This document shows positions 18,855 through 31,287 of a DNA stretch of 64,000 bases, in pieces; position 1 is the first letter of the stretch, and every line of letters starts with the position of its first letter. The DNA lies in the NCBI GenBank assembly GCA_013151235.1, contig JAADIO010000022.1, positions 4,256 through 68,255 of the forward strand, given 5' to 3'. The DNA is from Deltaproteobacteria bacterium (GTDB taxonomy: Bacteria; CG2-30-53-67). Under the pieces are notes generated by a model. That model was not told the origin of the DNA, did no database searches, and worked only from the letters and a program-made list of their open reading frames with translations. The position numbers and the translations under genes were made by a program.

Positions 18855-20048
18855 TCAGCCGTCTATATCGGAAAGACCTTCAATCCCCGGCAGGTTCTTC
18901 CCCTCCAGGAGTCTCAGGGAAGCCCCGCCCCCCGTGGAAATAAAGGTCATATTATCCGCCTCTCCGGCACGGTTGACCGCATCGGCCGTATCACCGCCGC
19001 CGATAATCGTCGTGGCAAAACAGTCCGCCACAGAGCGTGCAATATAGGTCGTTCCACGGCTGAAGGGATCGAGTTCATACATCCCCATGGGGCCGTTCCA
19101 GACGACCGTTTTCACCCCCTGCAGGGCGAGGGAAAAATAACGGCAGGTGGCCGGTCCGATATCAAGGCCGTACCAGTCGGAAGGGATCTCCTGGAAGGTC
19201 ACCGTTTTGGTATTCGCTTTGGCATCAATCCGGTCGGCCACGACCACATCGATCGGGAGATAGAACATGACCTTCTTTTCCCGGGCCCTTCGCTGCACCT
19301 CCCGGGAGAGATCGATCATCTCCTCTTCGACAATCGATCTGCCCACCTCGTAACCGGCCGCTTTGAGGAAGGTAAACATCATCCCACCACCGACAAAGAT
19401 TTTATCCACCCGGTCAATCAGGTTCCGGATCACCCCGATCTTCCCGGAAACCTTGGACCCCCCGAGAATTGCCGCAAAGGGCCGGACCGGATCGGAAATC
19501 ACTTTCTCGAAATAGTCGATCTCCCGCTTCATGAGAAAACCGGCCACCGATACGGGGACAAAACGGGTGATCCCATAGGTCGAGGCATGCGCCCGATGCG
19601 CCGTACCGAAGGCATTGTTCACATAGATGTCAACCCCCTCCGCCAGCGCTCCGGCAAAGGCTTCGTCGTTCGCCTCCTCCCCGGGATAAAAACGGAGATT
19701 TTCCAGGAGGAGGACATCGCCGGGCTCCAGGGCATCAATCATCGAACGGGTCTTCTCCCCCACGCAATCGGGGGCGAATGCAACCTCCTTGTTCAGGAGC
19801 CTCCCCAGTCGCCGGGAAACGGGAGCCAGGGAAAACTCCTTCCGCACCTTTCCTTTGGGACGTCCCAGGTGGGAGGCCAGAACGACCTTCGCTCCATGGT
19901 CGATACAGTAGTTGATGGAGGAGAGGGTCGACCGGATGCGGCGATCATCGGAAATATTCCCGTCCTCATCCATGGGAACATTAAAATCAACCCGGATAAA
20001 AACCCGTTTTCCCTTCATCTGCACATCTTCAATCGTCTTCTTGTCCAC
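18855..20048 (-). CDS. pgk: phosphoglycerate kinase
   Basis: 397 aa; RVDFNVPMD, SHLGRPKG PGK signatures. Confidence 0.95.
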   Translation of the reverse strand: MDKKTIEDVQMKGKRVFIRVDFNVPMDEDGNISDDRRIRSTLSSINYCIDHGAKVVLASHLGRPKGKVRKEFSLAPVSRRLGRLLNKEVAFAPDCVGEKTRSMIDALEPGDVLLLENLRFYPGEEANDEAFAGALAEGVDIYVNNAFGTAHRAHASTYGITRFVPVSVAGFLMKREIDYFEKVISDPVRPFAAILGGSKVSGKIGVIRNLIDRVDKIFVGGGMMFTFLKAAGYEVGRSIVEEEMIDLSREVQRRAREKKVMFYLPIDVVVADRIDAKANTKTVTFQEIPSDWYGLDIGPATCRYFSLALQGVKTVVWNGPMGMYELDPFSRGTTYIARSVADCFATTIIGGGDTADAVNRAGEADNMTFISTGGGASLRLLEGKNLPGIEGLSDIDG

Positions 20049-20137
20049 TCTTCACTCCTCGAAAGAACCACCTGGATTCATGCAGTAATTCACATATCGT
20101 AATCGACCGAACAGTGGTTGTCAAGATACAAAGCCCT

Positions 20138-20971
20138 TCAAAACCGGCTCGCCGCAACGGACTGAGCCCGGCCGGCACGTATCGGATTTCGCTGCTCCAT
20201 CGTTTCCAGGGCATCCCGGATCAGCTTGCAGTTCGGATACTCCCGAAGGTATTTTCTGCCCAGCCGGATCCCTTCGGCATCCGTCCCTTCCCGTTCCGCC
20301 AACATGACCAGGGCGATCTTGGCGGCCGGCACGGCATAGTGTCCCTGTTCAAGCGCCTGCCGGATCTCCGCCAGCCCCTCCTCGCGCCGGTCCCCGACAA
20401 AGGGGAGAAACCATAGATAGCGGGTCTTGACACTCCGATAATATTTATAGAGCCCCGTGGCGAAGGCAATATCGTGGATTCCCGGATCGAGTGCGGCAAC
20501 CTTGTGGATCTGTGAAAGGGCGCGCATCCCGTGCAGGAAGGCTGAAAAGTATCGTCGGTGATTCAACTCATAAAGCCCCCGCACCCCGAGGGACCCTCCC
20601 AGCAGAAAATGATCCCAGGCATTTAAGTTCCCCCGCCGTTCCAGTTCCTTCATCCGAGCTTGATTCTTCGGAAATTCGGCGGCAAACTCCTCTTCCAGCC
20701 GGGCCTTCGGGGCCCCCTTCTCCAGGGATTGCACCATGAGACTGAGCAGCCGTCCCATGCTCGGAAGGAGGGAGCCGGGATCGTTCTTTTCCATCCGGTC
20801 AAAGAGTGCATCCGCCTCCCGGTAGCGCCGGTCCATGACCATCGACTCCGCCGTCAGGATGGTCCGATCCTGTTCCGGGGAGAGATAAGGAGCGGGGAAA
20901 GTCCCGCCGAAAGAGACGGAAGGGAATACGAGAAGCAGGAGGATAAGTACCCCGACCGACCGGCCGGACAC
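20138..20971 (-). CDS. hypothetical secreted protein (GTG start)
   Basis: Signal-peptide-like VSGRSVGVLILLLLVFPSVSF begins at GTG 20971 with GGAG 5 nt upstream. The ORF-track extension to 21112 runs through an AT-rich promoter region. Confidence 0.5.
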   Translation of the reverse strand: MSGRSVGVLILLLLVFPSVSFGGTFPAPYLSPEQDRTILTAESMVMDRRYREADALFDRMEKNDPGSLLPSMGRLLSLMVQSLEKGAPKARLEEEFAAEFPKNQARMKELERRGNLNAWDHFLLGGSLGVRGLYELNHRRYFSAFLHGMRALSQIHKVAALDPGIHDIAFATGLYKYYRSVKTRYLWFLPFVGDRREEGLAEIRQALEQGHYAVPAAKIALVMLAEREGTDAEGIRLGRKYLREYPNCKLIRDALETMEQRNPIRAGRAQSVAASRF

Positions 20972-21000
20972 TCTTCTCCAAGCCGCACATTTTCCGGCCG

Positions 21001-21021
21001 ACTTATCCACATATTGTATAT
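21001..21021. repeat. 21-bp perfect direct repeat, copy 1 (ACTTATCCACATATTGTATAT)
   Basis: Identical 21-mer recurs at 21101-21121, exactly 100 bp away, in the AT-rich region upstream of the 20971 GTG start. Confidence 0.8.
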
Positions 21022-21100
21022 AAAATGTGGAAAAACACCATATATAGGAGAACCTCTTGAGGAAAAGTCGAACGATATTCAGGGGTTGGAGAAAGAAAAA

Positions 21101-21121
21101 ACTTATCCACATATTGTATAT
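21101..21121. repeat. 21-bp perfect direct repeat, copy 2
   Basis: See copy 1. Confidence 0.8.
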
Positions 21122-21149
21122 GATTTGTTGAGAACCCTACATATAGTGT

Positions 21150-21644
21150 TTAAAAACGTTCATGACGATCCAGATATACCACTCCCCCATGGATATCTCC
21201 ATCATCAATTTCAAGAAACCCAACGGAAAGGGACCGGCCGTCGCGCATATTCCCTGCCGTACCGGGATTAAAAAAGAGGATCCCGCCGATCCGCTCATTG
21301 CAGGGATGGTGGGTATGGCCGAAGACAACCACATCGGGCCGGACCTGCTGCAAACGCTCTTTCAACAACCGGGGGGGGTGCTTCGGGTTCCCGACCCGGT
21401 GGGTCACCAAAACCCTTTTCCCCTCCAGAGGCACCATACGAAAGCGGGGCAGAGGGTCCGGGGTAAAGGGGGGATCCATATTCCCTCGTACGGCTATGAC
21501 TGGCGCGACCTTTTGCAACCGCATCAGCAGTTGCGGCGACTCGATGTCGCCGGCATGAAGGATCAGATCAACCCCGTCGAAGAGTGCCGGAATCGAGTCG
21601 GGGAGATTGTTGTGAGTATCCGATAAAACACCGATCCTCATCAT
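21150..21644 (-). CDS. metallophosphoesterase (YfcE-like)
   Basis: 164 aa; GDIES, GNMD, GHTH calcineurin-like phosphoesterase motifs. Confidence 0.8.
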   Translation of the reverse strand: MMRIGVLSDTHNNLPDSIPALFDGVDLILHAGDIESPQLLMRLQKVAPVIAVRGNMDPPFTPDPLPRFRMVPLEGKRVLVTHRVGNPKHPPRLLKERLQQVRPDVVVFGHTHHPCNERIGGILFFNPGTAGNMRDGRSLSVGFLEIDDGDIHGGVVYLDRHERF

Positions 21645-21747
21645 GGCGGGCCCCTCTTTTTGAAAAAAACCTCAGTGTCCAAATACAACAGCCCCCACAC
21701 CGATACCGAAATGAACGTCCGGTTTCACTACCAGCGTTCAGAGGTGA

Positions 21748-22164
21748 TCATACTCCCGGAGGAGTACCGGATTGCCGGAAGAGCCGCCCATGGGCCTCGG
21801 CCACAACGGTACCGTCCGGATCTTCGGCATGGGCCTCGGCCAGGAGAATCCGGCGGTCCTCCCGAAGGATCCGGCCGACGATTTCGACCTCTTCTTCCGT
21901 GGACAGGGGTGCCGGAAACCGGACGGTGATCTCTCCCGTAACTGCGGGGAGCCCCAGTTCCCAGGCCAGTTTGACCATCGCCTCATCCAGGAGCAGGGCA
22001 AGCACACCGCCATGAATGATCCCCGCATATCCTTGATAGGCAGCGGAAAGACGATAGCGTGCCTTAATCGTCTTCGCCTTCCGATTTACCTCAAAAGACA
22101 CCTGCAACCCCTGAGGATTCTCCCGGCCGCAGACAAAACATTTCCCGTCGGAAAGCAGTTTCAT
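21748..22164 (-). CDS. hotdog-fold thioesterase (PaaI/YbgC-like)
   Basis: 138 aa; GIIHGGVLALLLDEAM thioesterase-superfamily motif. Confidence 0.7.
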   Translation of the reverse strand: MKLLSDGKCFVCGRENPQGLQVSFEVNRKAKTIKARYRLSAAYQGYAGIIHGGVLALLLDEAMVKLAWELGLPAVTGEITVRFPAPLSTEEEVEIVGRILREDRRILLAEAHAEDPDGTVVAEAHGRLFRQSGTPPGV

Positions 22165-22278
22165 GAAGTTCTCATTCCTTTGCCGAAATCCGACAAAACA
22201 GATCTCACCTTGACATCACCTCGTGAACGTACTATAAATCGGTCTGTTTATTTCTGCAACCCATAAGGAATTCTCCGC

Positions 22279-23580
22279 ATGCAAAATAATGAAACGTCCT
22301 TTTCTTCCCTCGATCTCCCGGAGCAGGTCCTCCAGGGAGTCGAGGCGGCCGGGTTTACCCATTGCACCCCGATTCAGGCCAAGGTTTTTCCCCTGGCGCT
22401 GGAAGGGAGGGATGTGGCCGCGAAGGCCCAGACGGGGACGGGCAAGACCGCTGCCTTCCTCATCACGATCCTGACCCGGCTCCTTCGGAGCAAGAATCAA
22501 AAACGGGCCGGTTCCTCGCCGCGGGCCTTCATCGTCGCCCCCACTCGGGAACTGGCCGTCCAGATTTATGAAGAAGCCAAACTGCTCGGGCAGGGGACCA
22601 GTTTTTCCATGCTGGCCGTTTACGGCGGCGTCGACTACCAGAAGCAGCGGGACCGGCTCAAACTCGGTGTCGACATTCTGGTGGGGACACCGGGCCGACT
22701 CATCGACTATTACAAACAACGGGTCTTCGACCTGAAGGGGGTGGAGATCGTTGTCGTTGACGAAGCCGACCGGATGTTTGACATGGGCTTCATCAAGGAT
22801 CTCCGTTACATGATGCGTCGTCTCCCCCACTACACCAAACGGCAGTCAATGCTCTTTTCCGCCACCCTCTCCTACCGGGTGATGGAACTCGGCTACGAAC
22901 ACATGAACCTTCCCGTCCAACTCTCCGTTTCGGAAGAGAAAATCACCGCCGATAAGGTGGACCAGGTCCTCTATCATACGGGGATGGAGGAAAAGCCCCC
23001 TCTCCTGCTGGGACTCCTGAAACGGGAAGGGGGGAAAAGGGTCCTCCTCTTTGTCAACACCAAAGTCGTGGCCGACCGGGTCACCCGGCTCCTGAACGCC
23101 AACGGGTACAAGACCCGGGCCATCACGGGGGACATCCCCCAGACCAAGCGGCAGAAAATCCTTGAATCATTCAAGGCGGGAACCCTGCCGATTCTCGTCG
23201 CCACCGATGTGGCGTCGAGGGGACTTCATATCGAGGGAGTCACCCACGTTATTAACTATGACCTACCCCAGGACGCAGAGGACTATGTTCACCGGATCGG
23301 AAGAACGGCCCGTGCCGGCGCTTCGGGCAAGGCGATCAGCCTCGCCTGCGAACGGTATGTCTATTCATTGGAAGAGATTGAGGCCCTGATCGGGGGAAAA
23401 ATCCCCACGCGAATGCCGGACGAAGAACTCCTGGTCAAGGAGTATCAGGCCGCCCCGCCCCGGAAACATCGCAGACCCTCCCCCACAAAAAGAGGAGCGA
23501 AATCTTCATATTCCAAAGGACGGTCCCGACAGAAAAGAGGACAACCGTCGAGGAGGCCGCACCAAGGCAGAAGCTCCTGA
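22279..23580 (+). CDS. DEAD-box ATP-dependent RNA helicase
   Basis: Q-motif region, AQTGTGKTAAF (motif I), DEAD (VVDEADRM), SAT, HRIGRTARAG (motif VI); basic C-terminal tail. Confidence 0.9.
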   Translation: MQNNETSFSSLDLPEQVLQGVEAAGFTHCTPIQAKVFPLALEGRDVAAKAQTGTGKTAAFLITILTRLLRSKNQKRAGSSPRAFIVAPTRELAVQIYEEAKLLGQGTSFSMLAVYGGVDYQKQRDRLKLGVDILVGTPGRLIDYYKQRVFDLKGVEIVVVDEADRMFDMGFIKDLRYMMRRLPHYTKRQSMLFSATLSYRVMELGYEHMNLPVQLSVSEEKITADKVDQVLYHTGMEEKPPLLLGLLKREGGKRVLLFVNTKVVADRVTRLLNANGYKTRAITGDIPQTKRQKILESFKAGTLPILVATDVASRGLHIEGVTHVINYDLPQDAEDYVHRIGRTARAGASGKAISLACERYVYSLEEIEALIGGKIPTRMPDEELLVKEYQAAPPRKHRRPSPTKRGAKSSYSKGRSRQKRGQPSRRPHQGRSS

Positions 23581-23746
23581 TCTCCCCAGGAACGTCAACC
23601 ACTCTCTTTTCATAACAACATAACGAGTATTATCTTCCGCATATATACGTCGTTACATCCTTCGGAAAAATTTCCTTCTTCTGTTGATCATTTGATACAA
23701 TATTATGAGAGGAACGTTTCGATCCATTTCAGAAGGGAGTAAAAGA

Positions 23747-23950
23747 ATGAAAGGTTTTTTTTTGGTAATGATGACAATCAGTCTTCTGATCGTCTGCCTG
23801 TTAGTGGTGAAAGACCTTTCCAGACAGGAGACGCAGGATGGAGGGAAAACACGAATCACTGCGATCGACCGTGCCGAAGAAGCGGCAAGCACAGTAAATC
23901 AAAGGACGGATGAAATAAACAAAAAACTGCAACAGGCCCTGGAAGAATAG
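23747..23950 (+). CDS. small single-TM hypothetical protein
   Basis: 67 aa from MKGFFLVMMTISLLIV; GGGAG RBS upstream; AT-rich promoter at 23680-23715. Confidence 0.35.
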   Translation: MKGFFLVMMTISLLIVCLLVVKDLSRQETQDGGKTRITAIDRAEEAASTVNQRTDEINKKLQQALEE

Positions 23951-23971
23951 CCGGAAAGCCAAGAGCCTGCC

Positions 23972-24391
23972 TTACCGGTTTGCAGTCATGCGGGAGACCT
24001 TCTCCCGGGTCAGCGCCCGTTTCAACCGAAGCTCGGCTCTTTGAAAACGGCTTTCGTCTTCCTCCCGCATTTCCCGGAGGCTCTTTTCCGCCCGCTCTTG
24101 CGAGGCATGGGCTCGAGCGACATCAATCTCGTCGGAACGCTCCGCCGTCTCGGCTAAGACAATAACATGGTCCTCATGGACTTCGATGAACCCTCCGCTC
24201 ACAGCGTAATAGATCTCGCTTCCCTCCCGCCGGGTCGAAATGATCCCGATCTGCAGGGTACTGAGAAAGGGGACATGACCGGGAAGGACCCCGAACTCTC
24301 CCACGGAACCGGGAAGGGTCACTTCATCCACTTCCTCCGAGAAGGCAAGCCGTTCCGGAGTCACGATTTCAAAGAGAAGTTTGCCTGCCAT
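23972..24391 (-). CDS. atpC: F1 ATP synthase epsilon subunit
   Basis: Start at MAGKLLFEIVTPER (ATG 24391); the ORF-track N-terminal extension is not credible. Confidence 0.85.
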   Translation of the reverse strand: MAGKLLFEIVTPERLAFSEEVDEVTLPGSVGEFGVLPGHVPFLSTLQIGIISTRREGSEIYYAVSGGFIEVHEDHVIVLAETAERSDEIDVARAHASQERAEKSLREMREEDESRFQRAELRLKRALTREKVSRMTANR

Positions 24392-24480
24392 AGTATAATC
24401 CTGTTCCCCTTTTATTCTGCCGTCGAGGTAGGAGCACTTTCCATCATCTTCGTATGATGTTGCTCTGTGTCTCAGGCTTT

Positions 24481-24560
24481 CCCCGTGCTTCCCCGTGGTT
24501 AATTGCTTTTGATTTTGCGTTGTGCCTCTGCCCCTTTGTGCCTTTGTATCTCTGTGCCTG
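24481..24560. repeat. inter-cistronic repeat (family member R2) abutting atpD stop codon
   Basis: CCCCGTGCTTCCCCGTGGTTAATTGCTTTTGATTTTGCG...GTGCCTCTGCCCCTTTGTGCC; paralog of 9764-9840. Confidence 0.7.
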
Positions 24561-24566
24561 ATCCGC

Positions 24567-26875
<2,309 letters not shown>

Positions 26876-26895
26876 GCGTTATCCTGTCTAAAAGT

Positions 26896-28407
<1,512 letters not shown>

Positions 28408-28947
28408 CTACCCCTTTACAAGTTGTTCCTTTAACTTGATCATCGAAGACTTGATACTTCCGTCATAGACTACGCTTCCGATCCGGGTCACGGCCCCGCC
28501 GATCAATGCCGGGTCTTCTTTCACTTTCAGATAGATACGTTTCCCGGAAAGGGCCTCCAGTTTCGCCTGCAGGTTTTTCTTATCCTCTTCCTTCAAGGGC
28601 AAGGCCGTCGTAACTTCCGCCTTGGCCCGGTTGTGAATCTCATCGGCAAAACGGACATATTCCCGGTAGATCTCCCTGATTATGGGAAATCGGTCTTTCC
28701 CGATCAGAAGGCGCAAAAACCGCTTGAGAAGACCGCTGACCCGGATCTCGTCAACCACCATGTCAAGAAGCTTTCCTTTGTCTTCATTATTAAAGACCGG
28801 ATTGAAAAAGAAGTTCTTCAACTTTCGATTTTCGACAACCGTCTTGACGATTGTACCGAATTCTTTTTCCACCTGATCGGCTATCCCTTCCTGCGTGGCA
28901 AGATCGATCAGTGCCTTGGCATACCTTCTGGAAACGACGCTGCTCAC
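28408..28947 (-). CDS. atpH: F1 ATP synthase delta subunit (OSCP)
   Basis: 179 aa; position between atpF and atpA; delta-like helical N-domain. Confidence 0.8.
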   Translation of the reverse strand: MSSVVSRRYAKALIDLATQEGIADQVEKEFGTIVKTVVENRKLKNFFFNPVFNNEDKGKLLDMVVDEIRVSGLLKRFLRLLIGKDRFPIIREIYREYVRFADEIHNRAKAEVTTALPLKEEDKKNLQAKLEALSGKRIYLKVKEDPALIGGAVTRIGSVVYDGSIKSSMIKLKEQLVKG

Positions 28948-28956
28948 AAAGGTCTC

Positions 28957-29559
28957 CTATTTCAGCCCGGCGATATATTCATCCATGAACCGCCGATGGT
29001 CCCCGGGGGTCAGTTCCTGAACCAGTTTCTCTTCGGAGAGCTTCAGGGCCAGTTCGACGGCTTCCCGTTTTAAGGTCTCGCGGGCCTTCTTCATCTCCTG
29101 TTCAATCGACTCCTTCGCTTTCTCCTCCATCCGTTTTGCCTTCTCATGGGCCTCGGCGATCAAACGCTCCTTCAGCTTTTCCGCATTCTCTATCGCCTTC
29201 TTCCGGATATCGGCAAACTCTTCGTCCCGGTTGGCAAGGCGATCGGAAAGCTCCCGATACTTCGCTTCAGCCTCTTCCTTGCTCTTCTTCGCCTCTTCCA
29301 GGCTTTTCAGGATCGCCTCCCGCCGACCGGCAAAGAAGTCCCGCATCGGCTGGGCAAGAAACTTGTAAAGCAGAATTGCGAGGACGGCAAAATTGACCAC
29401 CCGCCAGAACATTTCCATAGAGAGAATAGGAACTACCTTTTCCGCCCCCCCTTCGCCGGCAGCCCATAGAACGGACGCGGTCCCGACCATCATCAGACCT
29501 GCGATCAGGATTTTTGCTGCAACACGCATCTTCGGCATCTTCATCCAACGGCAAATCAT
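28957..29559 (-). CDS. atpF: Fo ATP synthase subunit b
   Basis: 200 aa; N-terminal TM then a long charged coiled coil. Confidence 0.8.
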   Translation of the reverse strand: MICRWMKMPKMRVAAKILIAGLMMVGTASVLWAAGEGGAEKVVPILSMEMFWRVVNFAVLAILLYKFLAQPMRDFFAGRREAILKSLEEAKKSKEEAEAKYRELSDRLANRDEEFADIRKKAIENAEKLKERLIAEAHEKAKRMEEKAKESIEQEMKKARETLKREAVELALKLSEEKLVQELTPGDHRRFMDEYIAGLK

Positions 29560-29987
29560 GAGAGGGTCCTTCCCAATATCTTCGAAGAAATTTCCAGAGA
29601 GAGAGTCTTCACGGATTTTTCCAATTCAATTTTTGCAGCATCAACGCTCTTCTCCAGTTCCCCCATCCCCCGATCAATGATCTTTCCCACCTCCTTCTGC
29701 GCGGCGGAAAGGATTTCCTTCTCCCCGGCAAGAGCGGCGTCATATGCCTCGTTGAAGGCAACCTTGGCATCCCGCTTCGCCTCCTGAAGGGCACGGGCAT
29801 ATTCTTCGTTCAGCTTTTCCATATTTCGTACGGCACCGGCTGCATCACCGGCCGCACCCTCAATGATACCCTTCCGGTCGTCCAGGACCTTCAGTATGGG
29901 TCGATAAAGAAGAGAATTCAGGATCGCCATCAGGATCAGGATCAGGATAACGGCAGGAACAATCACATGAAGATTCAGTTCAATCAC
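29556..29987 (-). CDS. Fo ATP synthase subunit b'
   Basis: 143 aa; a second b-type subunit (TM plus coiled coil), overlapping atpF by 4 nt. Confidence 0.75.
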   Translation of the reverse strand: MIELNLHVIVPAVILILILMAILNSLLYRPILKVLDDRKGIIEGAAGDAAGAVRNMEKLNEEYARALQEAKRDAKVAFNEAYDAALAGEKEILSAAQKEVGKIIDRGMGELEKSVDAAKIELEKSVKTLSLEISSKILGRTLS

Positions 29988-30179
29988 GTTCGATTCCTTT
30001 GTTCAGGATGATCTTCTGGGTTTGCATGATCGCCCGGTAACGCTGGTAAGGGGCCAAACTGAAAAAAGCTTTGGGACATTAGCATATTCTAAAATGGATT
30101 GTCAAGGGCATTTAACGAAAAAAACAATACCGCTGATTTGGCAAGCTAAACAACACGGAAACAATAAATTTCATCTTTC

Positions 30180-30452
30180 GTTTTTCGCAACCTTTACCTT
30201 TCTGAAGTTACTAACTCAGACGACAGATGCGTTTTTTGCTGAACCGTTCTTCTTGACAGGGAAGGAAATCGGTAGCTTGACGGAATCGCGCCCTTTTCGG
30301 AGGGTACGGAATTAATCATCCTCAAGAAAAAAGCCCTCGATACGATCGTCCGGAAATACCCCGAAATCGGCATCAAAATTATCCGGAAAATCAGCCGCGT
30401 GGTCTCGATCCGGGCACGAACCTCCGGAGACCGTCTTACAAAAATATTTTAA
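30180..30452 (+). pseudogene. frameshifted remnant of a cNMP-binding-domain gene (paralog of 5551-6024)
   Basis: Frame-3 translation 30276-30452 TELIILKKKALDTIVRKYPEIGIKIIRKISRVVSIRARTS aligns with AEIVILSNRNFEKLLSKHPMLGLKLLKHIFLTTSARLRRT of the intact gene. The upstream part (GKEIGSLTESRPF) lies in frame 1, so a frameshift sits near 30300; there is no start and no N-terminal half. Confidence 0.55.
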
Positions 30453-30623
30453 GTTTCAAGATGTTCGGAAAAAGCAAAAAAAAGTTGACAGCGCAATCCG
30501 AATTTGATAAAAAACCATTCATATATTAGAATTTGTGAAAATTTGTTTGTCCTCATCCGTTACTTATAATCAAACCGGTTCGTTACGTCAAAGATATTCG
30601 AGCAGGCAGTAAGGAGAAAAGAT

Positions 30624-31013
30624 ATGTACGATTCGGGTAAGGTTCTCTTGGGAATTATTATCTTTCTGGTCATGGTAACTTTTCCGCTTTACTACAACAT
30701 CGGAAGAGCCGATATCAAACCGGAGCCCGACCTGAACACCCTCGCCATACGGAAAATGGCGGTCAAACAGTGCATCGAAAAAACCCCGTACATGCGATCC
30801 AACCATATGAAGCTTCTGAAAGGTTGGATGGATGGCTTTCTCAAGGACGGAACCATGGAGTACAAGGCCGGTAACGGCAAAACATACGAAACCTCTTTCG
30901 ACACCTGCATGGAATGTCATGCAAGCCGGAAAAAGTTCTGTGACACCTGCCACAGCTATGCCGGGGTACAGCCATACTGCTGGAAATGCCATTCCCTGGA
31001 TGACGAGGGGTGA
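30624..31013 (+). CDS. small membrane-anchored tri-heme c-type cytochrome
   Basis: 129 aa; N-terminal TM helix; three CXXCH motifs (CMECH, CDTCH, CWKCH) packed within ~30 residues at the C-terminus. Confidence 0.75.
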   Translation: MYDSGKVLLGIIIFLVMVTFPLYYNIGRADIKPEPDLNTLAIRKMAVKQCIEKTPYMRSNHMKLLKGWMDGFLKDGTMEYKAGNGKTYETSFDTCMECHASRKKFCDTCHSYAGVQPYCWKCHSLDDEG

Positions 31014-31140
31014 ACCGGGTTATCCTTTCACTCTTTCGGCAGTTCCGGCTGACGACTTCACATCAATTCTTCGAATCCGTTCGGGGGTGTCGTAGTGAAT
31101 CGGCATTCACGTAATAACGATCGTCGCCCCGGATCGAAAC

Positions 31141-31169
31141 CCGGTTGACAATCCTTTCCTGATTCAATA
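31141..31169 (+). promoter_or_regulatory. sigma-70-type promoter upstream of purD (TTGACA-17-TAGAAT)
   Basis: TTGACAatcctttcctgattcaaTAGAAT, ~120 nt upstream of purD ATG. Confidence 0.5.
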
Positions 31170-31287
31170 GAATCAATTCCGTCTCGTAAACCGTTATGAA
31201 AATCCGTGTAGACGGCAGACCGGCTGGTTGGATGGAAAAGATTCTCCCGCACTTCAATACAAAGACAAGAATCCGAAAGATAAATAT

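Noticed and set aside
18672-20102. 476-aa plus-strand ORF antisense to pgk
   Set aside because: Shadow ORF. pgk is unambiguous.
20972-21112. ORF-track N-terminal extension (MWISFFFLQPLNIVRLFLKRFSYIW...) of the 20138 gene
   Set aside because: The extension translates the AT-rich repeat-containing promoter region. A GTG with an RBS at 20971 gives a proper signal peptide.
31058-31140. tRNA-like T-arm motif (GGATCGAAACCCGG) near 31125
   Set aside because: No acceptor stem, D-arm or anticodon arm could be assembled around it. It probably forms part of the purD promoter region.
31170-31287. Possible riboswitch (ZTP/purine) in the purD leader
   Set aside because: The ~120-nt leader lacks the conserved ZTP (GGGTCGTGAC...CCGCCTGGGCA) or purine-riboswitch cores when read by eye. 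There is insufficient evidence.
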